Shown here: positions 12,780-27,030 of the stretch, piece by piece
Layout: the number at the start of each line of letters is the position of its first letter
Position numbering within the stretch: position 1 is the stretch's first letter
Source: Carcharhinus longimanus
Taxonomy: Eukaryota
Direction of reading: 5' to 3'
Length of the DNA: 64,000 nucleotides
NCBI GenBank assembly: GCA_030264375.1
Contig: JASCQW010000043.1
Coordinates: 69,240,748-69,304,747, forward strand
Translations under genes and position numbers: made by a program
The notes under the pieces: generated by a model
Seen by the model: only the letters and a program-made list of their open reading frames with translations
Databases searched by the model: none
What the model was told of the DNA's origin: nothing

Positions 12780-14960
12780 CACTATACCCTGTAGGTTGCT
12801 GTGCCCTGTCCATCACTGTCAAAGTTTCTGTGCACTTGAATTTCTTTGCTTCTGGCTTCTTTCAAGGATCAGCAACAGATATTGGTACCATTTGTACACC
12901 ACTGCATTCCACTGGTCACAGATGTCCTCTTTCATTTAAAGACAGGCACAATCTTACAGAGACTGATTAATATATCAGCAATTGCGTGCTTTCACAATTA
13001 CACTGTTAGCTAATTGCATTGTTGAAGACAGGCAATGGATCATTGGCTCAGCCAGCAGAAGAGTATAAATGGACAGAGCCATAACAATTGGGGTTCGGTG
13101 AACCATGAGGAATTTTTAACTCTGCTGAGTTGTATGGTGTAAACTTGCTGAAAGTAAAAGACAAACTATTGTATTATTTCTCCACCATATACTATTAATG
13201 ATCTTAATAGGGGGCATTGAGTTTTGTCTCCATTGCTGAATGTCCCCCGATCCAAGACATCATAATGTGCCCATGTGGCCAACTGGGCAGCCAATGACTG
13301 GCCAGTGAAATTCTTCATCAGGAAGGGCGACCATTCCATCATTGTCTAAGTGCTCTGTGACCACAGCAAGAGTTTCCTCCGTGGCCTGGTTTTTGCTGGC
13401 TCTGTGGCCAATAACCCCCCAGTTAATAAGTCAGTGCAGCACCTGTCCACAGTGATGGCCCTGCAGCAATTTAACATTGGGAGCAGTGTTAATTGCTTTA
13501 AGGTGAGATGCCACTTTTGCAGGAAGAAGTCTTGCATTGGAGATCTGCTGACCAGTTAGATGGCTGGTATCTCTATAGATCCAGCAGAGGTAACTGAGAT
13601 TACAAGCAGACCAACCATGCCGAGGAATGCAGGGTAAGTCTGGCATCAGAAATCTCGGTGAAGGGAGTGGGAGGCTGAGTTCAAGAAGTTGTGAGCAGGG
13701 TTAATGGGAAGAACCCCTTGTTGGGGGCCAGGGACCCACAAAGGCAATCCTCCCTATCGACTCCCAACCCCAATCCCAACCGCCCTTTATTTGACACCAG
13801 CCTGCACAATTAAATCTGCTGGGCCTGGCTTGGTCCAGCTCTTGCTATAGGTAAAATACCAATGGGAGAGGATTAAAGCCCTAAGAACATAAGAAATAGG
13901 AGCAGGAGTAGGCCATCTAGCCCCTCGAGCCTGCCCCGCCATTCAATAAGATCANNNNNNNNNNNNNNNNNNNNNNNNNNNNNNNNNNNNNNNNNNNNNN
14001 NNNNNNNNNNNNNNNNNNNNNNNNNNNNNNNNNNNNNNNNNNNNNNNNNNNNNNNNNNNNNNNNNNNNNNNNNNNNNNNNNNNNNNNNNNNNNNNNNNNN
14101 NNNNNNNNNNNNNNNNNNNNNNNNNNNNNNNNNNNNNNNNNNNNNNNNNNNNNNNNNNNNNNNNNNNNNNNNNNNNNNNNNNNNNNNNNNNNNNNNNNNN
14201 NNNNNNNNNNNNNNNNNNNNNNNNNNNNNNNNNNNNNNNNNNNNNNNNNNNNNNNNNNNNNNNNNNNNNNNNNNNNNNNNNNNNNNNNNNNNNNNNNNNN
14301 NNNNNNNNNNNNNNNNNNNNNNNNNNNNNNNNNCCTTTTTTATATTAAGCGCTAGCCCAGCTTCATAGTTTATCCTACCCTTCTTTATCAACTTCTTTGT
14401 CATTCTTTGTGATATTAATTGACCATTTAATAACCTCCACAGGCTCGATGATTGGTGGGCTGCCTGACACTTTTCCCACACCCTGTAAAATTTCAGACAG
14501 GTCGAAGTAGTCAGATAGGCATTGGAAAGGCTACCTGCTGCCCCCCCCGCCAACACACACACACACACACACACACCCCCTTCAGTCCCATCTATGTGTT
14601 TGTTTTCCTGGCAGTTGCCATGAATCTTTCATCCTCTGCCAGCCCAGGCTGCCTCTGATCTTCACCCTGATCCCAACATACATGGATAGATAGATCCTCA
14701 GAGATAAGGGGTACTCCTTGAAAAGAGAGCTACTTACCCCTCTGTGGGGCTCCATATAGAGGCACAAAAGTGATATGACCAAAGCCACTTGCTCTTTTTG
14801 ACAACTAATGGCATTCTGAAGATGCAGTTATGGTGCCTGGACCAGTTGGGTGCTTTCCTCTAATACTGTTGTTGAAAGGTCCCAGTTATTGTGGTGGTCT
14901 GCCGTGTGCTCCATAACATGATCCTTCAGAGAGGTGTGGACAATGAGGCCCTGGAAGATG
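12780..14960 (+). mobile_element. PIF/Harbinger DNA transposon, decayed transposase split by nested insertions
   Basis: Hand translation gives motifs in order: LNFFASGFFQGSATDIG (~12835), FIRKGDHSIIV*VLCDH (~13315), FPGSCHESFIL (~14605), DKGYSL (~14703), LKM..WCLD and VVVCRVLHNM (~14820-14920); stops and frameshifts present. Confidence 0.8.
13882..14409 (-). mobile_element. CR1 LINE nested inside the Harbinger relic, mostly in a gap
   Basis: aagaacataagaaataggagcaggagtaggcc is the CR1 3' tail in antisense; far side of the gap encodes MTKKLIKKGRINYEAGLALNIKK (ORF2 linker). Confidence 0.8.
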
Positions 14961-15532
14961 ACAGCTCAGTAGGGAACGAGCAGGAGGTGAAAGTGGAGAC
15001 GGAGGGAATTCACACTGAATGGAGAGGTGCCCCCGCTACAAATGAGGTGACCCCCTTCCTGCCATCCTCTAGGAAGAGGACCTCCTTTTCTCTGTCACTA
15101 CCTGCAGCACTAGAATGAAATGCTGGGCCAACATAGCCCATGTGCCAGGCCTCTGATTCTCCTGTGATATCTTTCATCCTTCTGATGCAGTGGAAAGCTT
15201 GAGCACAAACTACAGATTTCTTCTATAGGGCAATCAGCAGCCTTAGTGTTGGCTGACGTGGGTGTCTAAGAGTCCCACATTTAATCAAACCCACTTCTGT
15301 TTCAACCTTTACTGACAGTAAATGGACAGGGAACCCATCTCCATCCCTACCCGAAATTCTAAACTTCAATCAGTTTCCCTCTGGATATGAATTCCTGACC
15401 CTATTTCCTGCCTCTATGATGAAAGTTCAACAATGTTTCCGTGTAACATACTTGGGCTTTCAGGAAAGCTTTGAATAATGTCCCTTACCAATCTTTTAAA
15501 GGGTGGCTATTTCTTCTAATGTATAAAATTGA

Positions 15533-15790
<258 letters not shown>

Positions 15791-16519
15791 TAAGACAGTA
15801 AAATAAGAGCTTCAGATAACTAAACAAAGAATGCAAACTTGAAGTGGTTCCTGAATGTCAAATAAATATATAAACTATTGCAGCAAAATAAGATTGAAAC
15901 AATCCAGACATGTGCTATCGATTCTGCATCAATTGATTTAGGAAATATACCAACGTTACATTTGGAATGGGAATCTCTATAGCAAAGGCAGGAGAGAAAT
16001 TGACTGGCCATGTTCTATAAAATGGAAAGGACAGGTGAAAATTGACAGAAACAAGTTACTTCTCTCCAGTAACGATAAAACAAGAGAGAGACCTCCACAC
16101 CAACTACCAAGACCATTTGTTTCCAAGACAATGTATCAGCAATTTTTGTTCCTAAGGGCAATCCCACAATGGAACAAGCTGCCAAATAATTATAGCCCCA
16201 GCACTTGAAATCTTCAAGGCTCACCTTTTATGTTATTTCCGTTTAAAAAGTTTCATCATTAGGAACCTTAGCAGACCATGCCTGGTTTAGCTAGCACCAC
16301 CCACATAAATGTTGGTGGAAAACAATGTGATGCCGGTACAGCTATAAAACAGAAGCTTTATGGTCGAAAAAGTTATCGGATATGCTTCATGTAAATTTGT
16401 AAAGACTCAAAGTTGTGTTCTGCATTCTTTTATTTAGTTCAATGGCACTAAGGTGTTGCAGTTTCTCTTAGCATAAACAAACACATTATACTGGTGGAAA
16501 CTGTCCAGAGTGTTGCCAT

Positions 16520-17345
16520 ACTGCTATCTATCAGCACTGATGATTTGATACTATAGGATGTTAATCGCTTCACCATCTAGGTTCTACAGTCATCAGCAAT
16601 CTATCATTTGCTGCTGTCATAACACACAGATTGCAAGAGCTACGGATAAAATATCCAAACTGAGTAAGGGAGTGTGGAGTAATAGCAACCTGATTAAGAA
16701 CACCAAACTGCAAGTTTACCAAGCCTGCATACTCAGGCTTCTTCTACAGTGGTGAGACTGGAGGAGAAAATGCTGAACAGCTTCCATCTTCACTGTCTCA
16801 GATGTATCCTTGGCATTTCCTGGCAGGACAAGGTTGCAAGCCTGAGGTCCTGGATGGAACATGGTAATTCCATCAGCATGCACTCATTGCTAAGCCAGTG
16901 ACATCTGTGCTGGCTCAGCCATGTTCTTCAAATGGATGACCGCCATATACACAAAAACATTCTGTACAGTGAATTGGCATTTGGGTCATGATCCCAATAT
17001 CTGCTATAAGAACACCACCTGCAAGCAAGATATGAAGGTGGCAGACACCAACATTGACAACTGGGAGACAGATGCTGATGGCATCTGGTGAAACCTGAAG
17101 GCTGACTGGAGGGGTTTTGGAAGAGGTGCGCAGAAACAAAAAGCTCAGCTGGCTAAGAAGAGGATTCAGGGAAAACAGAGCTCAACGAATCCTGCACCTT
17201 TTCAGCCCACCATCTTCCTCTACAGTAAATGGGTCTAAGACTGCAATGCTCAAGTGGGGTTCCTGAGCCATATCAGGTGATGCTTGAATACACGTTGACC
17301 ACCATGGCACAAGCTATCATCTTATGAGACTGAAGGCTCAACTGG
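16520..17345 (+). mobile_element. RTE-clade LINE 3' fragment
   Basis: QIARATDKISKLSKGVWSNSNLIKNTKLQVYQACIL..LL and LNSFHLHCLRCILGISWQDKV resemble the RTE ORF C-terminus. Confidence 0.8.
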
Positions 17346-17626
17346 AAGCTGTTGTTTCCAACACTTAGCGACATCTTGAGGATAGTATTTGGAATTAATT
17401 CAACTAAAAATTCATGTTTTTGAATTTATTTATCACAATGGCATGCTTTATCTGAAAGCAAGAGCTAAACTTTGCTGCATTGCCTTTGGGATGACTACAG
17501 GACTCCATTAATAGGTTATTAGAATTATTCTAGGTTATTGCAGAATTATTCTAGGGCAATCACAGAACTTTTAATTGGTCTTTTATTTACAAAATGATTA
17601 TTTAGTTATTTTTTTTCTACTCCTAG

Positions 17627-17788
<162 letters not shown>

Positions 17789-19561
17789 TAATACTGCTTA
17801 TTGTCTTATCATTTGTGCTGATGATATTGCATATTCAACTGCTCTTAAAAGTGGAAAAAACTCATGATTTTCGATATCTGAAGGACTTCTCCCCTCTTGT
17901 CTTGTAGCACAGAGAAGGGGGAAGGACAAGAATTATTAGTTTAAATTTGAATTTGGTGGGCAGTGGCTAGAACAGTGACAATCCATTTTGACCTCTGTTA
18001 ACATGATGTCAAGGAGATTTTAACTCCCAGGCTTCAACTGCCATCCCCAGTTATGTTTACACATGGAGCTTACAGGCAGTGGCAGCTGACTGGCAGAAAG
18101 AAGTACAATGAAGGAAGTATCCCTGGCATTTGGTTAAGTAGTTTCTGACCCCAAATCCCCTTCTCGCTAGTTGGCCCTGATGGGAAAGACACAACTACTT
18201 CACTACTCAAGCCCATAATTAAAATAGCAGTTGGGCTCCAATATTATCATCAGAGTCTGAGTATCCCGCTGGTTTCCAGCAGGCATCCTTCTCACCTGCT
18301 CACATGAGTAAATTAATCCTATGTGATCAATGTGGGATGTCAGCACATGAGTCCCTCAAGAGATGTTAAATGCTTGTCCAATTGTACAGACTGGGCAGGA
18401 TTATAATCTCCCTTATCAAGAATTGTTCTTCCCTGAGAAGGGAGGTCCTCTATTTGGTTCTGTATGGATGGTCAAAAGGAAAGAACTGTCAAAAGCGGAA
18501 CCGACTTTGATTACTTACATCAGTTTGCTGCCAAAAGGGAATTAACCTTTTCTTCCTCCCCCTGTTGCTCTGGATTCTAGTGCTAATCTTTACAGTGCAG
18601 AATATTGTAGTAATTCAGTTGGCAGTACTTTTTCCTCTTCACAAAAATATTTAAGATGACTATAGAATCACATTTGGGGCAGAAAATAAGAGAAGTGATT
18701 CAGAACAGTATTTTTAATGCACCTGGCCTCAGGCAAAATTTTAGTGGCCAGCTTACAAACAGCAAGTTTTAAACACATTTTGAACTATTGGTATTACAGT
18801 TCTAAACATCCTCAAGCCAACATTTTCCTTTTCAGAATTAAGCACTCTTCTAAATCATCAATAATGTAGCTATGCAATTCAAAGTCTGTCTGTGTGTGCA
18901 TAAATATGGCAATTTTAACAGACTGCTTGCATAATAATCATGTGCACAATTCCCCATCTACGTTCTCCCTTTCCCAACCTTATAAAAGTGCTAATTGATA
19001 ATGAAAGCCCTTTGGTAACTCTTCATTACTTCCTTTTAATTTACTTTGATATTTTCTGGGTTTTCTTTTTCTTTAAAGTGAGTCTAAGCAAAGAAAAAAT
19101 GTCCTTTTTGATTATCTTATGTGGTAGGTTTGATCTATCAGCGAAAAGGGTCAATTTTCATAATTTAGGTTCACCCTGAATTATTTAGGAATAAATCTAC
19201 AAAAGATAAAGGACTTAAATGCTAATAATTCAATTGTAGACACGTTGCTGTGGTTCCATTAAACTACTAAGTTTTCAAAATTAAGAAATAGCTTCTCAAA
19301 TTCAGTTAAATATACCTATCTACTGGCAATAGTGAGCCACGTAGACATGTGATAGAGGAAGGTTCAAAGCTTAATGGATAAAGAAGTAGATGCATCAGGA
19401 AATGAAAGTTTGTTTTGACAAATTTGAATCCAGAGATACAAGTTTTTGCAGGAAATAGTGTAATTAATGGTGTAAATATTTACTTTTAAGAAAATAAAGT
19501 TTAGTGATTATAACCCAAAAAACAGTTTCTTAAAATTGTAAACTGTTGTGTTCAAAACTAA

Positions 19562-19663
<102 letters not shown>

Positions 19664-20834
19664 TAATTATTATAGAAAGCAGTCAGCTTCAGAGATTTCT
19701 CCTCCTTACTTGTTCATTTGTGCTAATCTGTTTCACTGACGATGCTACTTTACTCTGCCTATCAAAGTGCATTTAGACATTTAAGGAAGGGTTGTCTAGC
19801 GATTATAAACTGAGCTGAGGTTGCCCCGGTACATCAGAACACTGTCTTTTCTTGAATTTGGATTGAAAACAAGCCAGGACTATTGAGATAGAAGTTGACT
19901 CCATATGCCAACTACAAAGATTAAGAAATGAGTTCAGGGAGTCTTAATCCCTTTTCCATTGAGGCTTAGTTCATAGCACATAACAGTTGCTCTGATGAAG
20001 CTTTACAGTGTATTGGTCATACTATGTTGTTGACCACCACACCATGCCACAAAAAAGATTTATGCATTTGAAAGGGTGCAGTGAAGAATATCAAGTATCA
20101 TCCCAAGTATGAGGAAAGATGTGAGCACTTTACGTTTTCGACTCATGAATATCATACACCCTAAGGAAGCCAGCACAATGTTTTGCTTGTGTAAATTAAC
20201 AGACGAGAAAATTGGATAAGTTCCTTTTCGAACATGCAAGCATTCCCACTTGCATTTCCTGTGGCTTCCAAGCAGTCCAATTCCGTATACCCAAATTGCT
20301 CAATTAGCTTGCAGTTTTTATTGTGCATCAGGTCTACTGGATTCTAGATTCCAGAACTTCAATTTCCACTGGGGTACTTTAAATAACTGCAACTAATAGT
20401 TTATGTTGGACAATTTTGCGGAAGCAATGTTTGTACAACAGGCAAAGTGAATTGTTCTATGAAGTCCACTATGTCTATACTGCAAGCTAGGAATCAGTGA
20501 CAAACAATTTTGTTGTAAGTAGGGATTCTTGACTTCATTTTACAGGTGGGTTGAACATATGGCCCATCCTGCCAGGAAAACAGTGGCAGTGGAAATAGTG
20601 GAAGAGAAAGAAACACAAACTACTTGGGGGGCCAGTAGCATTGCCTCATTGACCAAACAGCACTGCCATTGAAATTGAGGTTTTACCAGCAATGGAACAT
20701 TAAGTTAAATGTGATATTGCTAAATTCTATGTACTGATGAAATCTGTCCTTGTCTAATCTGTAACAAAATGCTAATTGGCGCTAAGTGCTCCATAATAAG
20801 ATGGAAAAAACTTATTTCCTTTCGCTTTCATTGA

Positions 20835-20972
<138 letters not shown>

Positions 20973-22681
20973 GAATGGAGCCTGAACACAAAGATACCTT
21001 TCACTATAGCACTTTTGTTAGATTTGATCTTTATGGCTGACTTTGCAAAACAAAGACTTCAACGTCCCTGTCATCATTTCTCAGCTCTGTGCTGTATTTG
21101 ATCATAATTTCTGGACACAACCACCTAATGTACAAAACCCACTAAATCCAACTACTGAATGGATGGGACAAGCTTCTTTTGCCATTAATTGAATGAAGGA
21201 CCAGAAGGTTTCAACTATTTATTTTGTTTTTCAAGACTTTTTATAATTAATTTCACCGAAGCACTCCCAGCCTTGGTGATAAAGGTTAGTTACACTATTT
21301 GGGAAAGGGGATGGAGGGTGGTACTTTGTTTCAGTATTGATTAGTATTATGTGTCTTATTATTTCTCCACTGTATTACAAAATTGATGAGATATTTTAAA
21401 TAGGACTATCAAGTTAAAAAATAATATTCTTCACAATTGCCAAAAGTGAAGCCTGCCGATAATGTGAAGCTAAGGCAACAGAAATCTTCAGATTTGATAG
21501 GTCCTAGAACGATCATTTACTGGTTTAAAATCTATTCATATTGTTCTATCAGAAGGCCACAGGCTTGAAAATAACAAAAATGATATCATTTCACAATGTA
21601 CTCCAGATATTGTGAAAAATAGGGCAGGCATGAAACATGCTGACTGGCGCAGGTGTTTCACAAACTGGAAAAACAATCAATCAGAAATTATTAAGCTCCA
21701 CAAAATAATTTTATATTCCCTGAAAAGTAACTACTACAAAACTGACCAATCAAATTCCTGTTCTTTTTGAAACAAAAACTCTTGAGCAGCTAAATTTGCT
21801 CGCCAGCTCACCACACCATATATCCCTAAAATTTTAGTTTTGTACTGGAACATGCAAAAATGAAATCTGAACATATTTGCTCAACTTATCCATTCCATAT
21901 TTTATTTCCCACACAATAGCATCCTCTCCTTCAGGGTGTTTGTTTCACTTTTGTCCATTATCCATAGTTTAGATCCATCAGTTAGTCTTTGGGATTGATA
22001 TGCTTTGGGTCTCTGCACATGTCTTACTGCCCTTTACCTTCCCACTCTTTAACTTTCAGGCAGTTAAAATACACCCTCAAAATGCTGTCAACCAGCATCT
22101 GCTTCCCAGGCCGTGGTTTTGCCTTCTCAATCCTATCCTAGATTCTTTGCACTCTCTGATCATTTCTTAAGTGCTCTTGAAATGCTCCCTAATTTGCCTT
22201 CCTTCTCCTTAACTGATGAATGACTGTCTCAATCTACTTAAGTCCTCTTCCACCCTGAAAGTTAGTCCTGGTCCCTGTAAACCCTTCTTACTTTCTGACC
22301 TTATTGGTTGCAGTTTCACTTCACAGCTTCATTGTTTCTCCCTCCCTGACCCTGCTTGCCACATTCTGTCCTATGAGCATTGTTATGGGAAGTCAGCTAA
22401 TGACTTATGAAAAATAGATTGTTTTGCTAACATAAAAGTCTAACATTATTTCAAGTTGAGGTTGGGTGAAGGATAAAGGGGGAAAGGAAGTCAACTGTAA
22501 CTGATTGTCTAATAAGTCTAATGAAGATGCTTTATCTATTGTGGTAGTTGGAGGCTTTGTGTGTGGGTTTGTGACTGATGTTCATGATCAGCCTTTACGT
22601 AGATTTGAATGTCAATTGGATTTACATCCAGTGCACCAACACTAATATAGTGCGTCATATGTACATGCACAATAATGGAAG

Positions 22682-22687
22682 AATAAA
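22682..22687 (+). promoter_or_regulatory. Candidate polyadenylation signal of TLE4
   Basis: First AATAAA I find after the stop codon (~1.7 kb downstream); no strong GU-rich downstream element. Confidence 0.3.
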
Positions 22688-24457
22688 GTGAGTTACAATC
22701 AAGGGCTGTCATGAACTGTCCAGACATTGCTGAATGAAACCTAAGATTAATGTACTGCTTCCAATGGACTTACGGCTGCTTCTAAATTACAGTACCTCCT
22801 CACTATAACACTTGGATATATCATTACCTCTGTGGAGCATGTATTGTTTATGGCTCATTCACTAATGTGCCTCTCACTATTCCATTTCTTATATAGCCTC
22901 TGAAAATTTATCTTTGGCCCAGATTATCATCAGAATTCTGGTTATTCCTGTTTCACTTCATTTAAGTATTGCATCCAGAAAAATCAAGCAGACATCAATA
23001 GACTTCCCATCTCTGTTATTTTAAACATTGATATTGTTCTTTGCTACCCACATGGACCTTATTTCCATTGAAGAAAGTTTACGTTTCCAGTCTAATTCTT
23101 CCAGCTAACTTTAGGTGACATTTTCTGACCTCTCTTATGCCAGCTTCTATTATAATGCTGTGAACTTTTTCATCTGTCAATGTTTGCATGGGAAAGAAAT
23201 GTCGACTGCAGTACTTTAGTAGCAAGATATTTTCAACAAACTCCTGCAAATTGGAAGCACAAAACCAAATGAAAGAGATAACTGAATTCCAGGGATCAAT
23301 CTAACAGGAAGTAATCCTCTACTGAAGATGCAACATTAGGTTTGATTTCCAGTTCCTCATCAAGTTAGTTAGTTGCTACTAACTCATGATAAACAGATTC
23401 TACCACAGCACAATGGATGCACTACCTCCGGCAGCCATTTCAATCTTATACCTCTGGGAGTCTCTCTATTAATTAGTGATATGGAAATCCTCTTCCAGGC
23501 TGTGACTGCAGCCATTAACCTTGTTCCAGTTGTGATCTGTGAATCTTGATGGTCTTGAAGATCATCCAAGTACTGATCTAACACTAATGGCCAAAAATCA
23601 AGGAGGGAGAGTTGGGGAGTGGAGACCAGAGATGAACTGGGTACAGCAATTAATCTAAAATTGGAAAAGTTGGCCCCTCATCCCGCAGTCAACACTTTTG
23701 GAGACCACCACTTGAGCAATAAGTGCTTTTGCATTTGTGGGTTTTACGGACCAGAAATTGAGTTACCTCAATTTTCATGCACCTGGGTTGATCATTCGCA
23801 AATTGCCTGTGCCCATTCATGTCCGGATGGGCACATGCAAATTTGGTACACCTGCCTCCTCTGAATGTTGAACAATGCCTGACTAAGTAGATCCCACACT
23901 GCAGTCTTCACAGTGCTTTTAAGTTGGGGAGTCCAAATGGATTGCTCACAAACCATGTGGTGTAGCCAGAATGTCCTCTTAAAGGCAGGCTGTCCCATAT
24001 AAATAGAAGCTCCACTGAAGAAGATTGTTGCAATTTAACTCCTGGTAAAATGCAAACCAAGACAGAAAGGGAGTTCGAGGAAGAAAAATGCAGTTTGGAA
24101 GCATGAATGGAGGAGATGGACAGGAGGAGGATGCCACATTTCTATAGAAACTGCTAGACTCTTGAGGAAAACCAGTGAGAGAGAATGAGACCAGGTGACC
24201 AGGGAGTTTACAACATTCTCACCTGCTTTTAATGCCTTGAAATGGAAGGGATTTTCACTCTTTAACGGCATTATTTTCTTCATTACTGTTATTTTGCTAC
24301 CATCAATTTTGGTTAATCCATTCCCCAATTCAATATTAGCTTTCTTGGGGCTTCTAGCACATTGACCTCTTCCACTACTATAAATACTCCTGCAAAGTAA
24401 TTATTCGACCTCTCCAGCATTTCTTCACTTTCATTGACAATATCACTGACATGTTTT

Positions 24458-24530
24458 CATAAGAACATAAGAAATAGGAGCAGGAGTAGGCCATCTGGCC
24501 CTTCGAGCCTGCCCCGCCATTCAATAAGAT
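24458..24530 (-). mobile_element. CR1 LINE 3' end running into a gap
   Basis: Nearly identical to 13882-13954. Confidence 0.8.
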
Positions 24531-25871
24531 NNNNNNNNNNNNNNNNNNNNNNNNNNNNNNNNNNNNNNNNNNNNNNNNNNNNNNNNNNNNNNNNNNNNNN
24601 NNNNNNNNNNNNNNNNNNNNNNNNNNNNNNCTTCTCTCATCCTACCATACTCCCCTCTATTCAAACAAAGGACGCGTGTCCGGGAACCCACTTTCTCCTC
24701 CTCCATCAAGTAGCCCATACTGCTCTAACCACCGTTTATGATATTGACCCACATTTTTCCTCCTGAGTCAGGTAGTGTAGCCAGTAAATTTGCTGGCTCA
24801 ACTGTTAAGGAGCACAGAGGAATCTCTAATTGGCAAAGGGCATGTCACCCACCTTGTTTTCACAGCCTCTGCTCCAACTTCCTGTCATACTGCAAGCCCA
24901 AAGCCACTTCCATTGCTGTCCAATACCTTTCATAGCCTTTGTGTGGTTAGGTCACCTACTCCTCTGCCTCTCCACCCCCTCCTCTGACACTCTGTCTCCC
25001 CCAAATCCTGAGAGAATGCAGAAACACACTCTGGTTAATTCAAGAATTTATCGTAATACCATTAAGAACACTTGAACACTTCCAGATGCTTTGCAGTAGA
25101 AAAAGTTCTTAAAAATGACCTTCTCTGCATTTTGGGTGCCTGGTTCTTTAGAACACATCCTTCAGCAGAATGCTTGTAGTTTGTGGAATGATCTGTGGAT
25201 TTGTTGTAAGGAAAGGCATTGTCCAAATTATAGATCTTGGCATCACATCAGCCTATGGATTGTGTTCCCTCAGTGATATCATTGATTCAAGGCCTTCCGA
25301 TTCATACTACCGTGTGCACCTTTCTTACAGAATGGGTGTGCAGGAAACTGTCAACAGTGCAAAATCAGTGTCTCAAGGCCTCCATAGTGCTGCCAAAATT
25401 GGAATACATATTTGTGACCTACGTTACAGATTTACTTCAGCTCAGTTTCAGTGATTATCTCTGTGATGAATGTAACATACACTGTTAATTCAAATGTTCC
25501 TTCCTTACCCAATATCTAGGTAAGTTAGTGATATTACACAGAGAACCCTTGTCACAGTATTCTATTATTGAAATATACCACTTGCTATTTCTGATCCACA
25601 ATACAAAGTTTAAATGTACCCTCTTAGTAGACATGAGTGGATGCTGTATTACTGGAGTGCAGTCATGCAGAAACCAAGGCCATCTCTGCCTTGTCAAGTG
25701 GCTATAAACAATCCCATTGAACTATTCAAAGAACAGGAAAGTTTTCCAAGCATTTTAATTAATATTTGTTCTTCAACCAAGAGAAGAAAACAGATGAACT
25801 AATCAATTTTCTCATTTAACTACGGGATTATACAAATTAGCTGTTATGTTTGCATGCAAAATAGTAACTAT

Positions 25872-26053
25872 CGGTGGAATTTTCGTTGCTTTCCGCTTTG
25901 AGGTGATGCACTGCTCATTGGATTTTATGGTCTCACTGTTGCCAATGAGATTTCCCATTGAATGCACGCTTCGCTGCCGTGAAACCTGTGGCGGGGGTGC
26001 ATCGTTGACGAGCCCGTAAAATCTCACTAGTCTGAACGGCAGCAAGATTTCGG
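25872..26053. mobile_element. MITE-like non-autonomous DNA element
   Basis: Imperfect terminal inverted repeats (cggtggaatttt..aagatttcggc); core tttcccattgaatgca..aaacctgtggc shared with ~47463-47634 and ~60420-60653. Confidence 0.6.
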
Positions 26054-26759
26054 CATATATTTCAAAAGTAATTTTCTGATTGTGGAGTGTTTTGCTACAT
26101 CCAGGGAAATGAAAACATAATTTAAAGTTTTCTTTTTTTTAATATTCTGTATTCCAGACTGCACCTGGTCTTCAAGTCATTCTATAATTTTAGATCCATT
26201 GTTTTGATGATTGTTTCTTATTACAAGCAAACAATCGAAAAATAATAATGGTGATTTTATCATAACCTGTCAGAAGGGAGCAGGATGGGTTTGCATCAGA
26301 TTCCCATTTTATCTGTTCAGTCAGGCAGGATATAAATCAGGCTCCAGTTCAAACTTGCTTGACCCCATCTCGTGTATGAGATAAAAATCTGTTTTATTGA
26401 GAGGAATTTTAATCTCCAAAGTGAGTGAATTTTGGTCAGGTGAGATGTAAATATATTAAAATTCTCAAACCTGGATCCCGTCTGCCTCAAATGCATTCAC
26501 TTCCAGTTTTGATGACAGCAATGTGTCTCGTTTGTCTTTCTTCCAGGTTTAACCCTGGCCAACTGAGTTTCCTGGACCTCGAGAAAACCCAGCAGTGAAA
26601 AGGAGGCAAGGACTCCTATATAGCAGAAGTAAATGCCTTTCTGGCACTGTTTGTGGACTGTAGGATCAACAGTGTTTCCTCTGAGCCCTGCTTTCTCTCC
26701 CTGTTGCTCATATACTATTCTGAACAATGTACAATATAATATACACTTTGGTCCCCTAT

Positions 26760-27030
26760 TTCCTCTAATTTAAAATTCTCTTCATTTTTAAATCCTTCCT
26801 GCTCTGATCTTTCCTATCTATTTAACCGCCTCATCACTCCTGCAAGAAGACTTTTGTATCCTTCTGCCTCTATGTTTTGTACATGCTTTGCTCTGTTTAC
26901 CTGACTATAGAGGCCACTTTGTCAACCATTTAGGGTCTAAATTCTGGAAATCTTTCCTAAACCTCTTCTTCTATCCAGCTCCCCCATCTTTTTAAAGGCC
27001 CTCCTTCAAACCCACTTCTTGATTAAAGTT
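26760..27030 (+). mobile_element. Old L2-like LINE 3' fragment
   Basis: aatttaaaattctc...tctggaaatctttcctaaacctct...ctccttcaaacccacttctt resembles L2 3' ends; heavily decayed. Confidence 0.45.

Noticed and set aside
17502-17554. Short tandem duplication taggttatt(gc)agaattattc near an exon acceptor; similar 14-bp dimer at ~29775
   Set aside because: Ordinary slippage duplications with no evidence of function.
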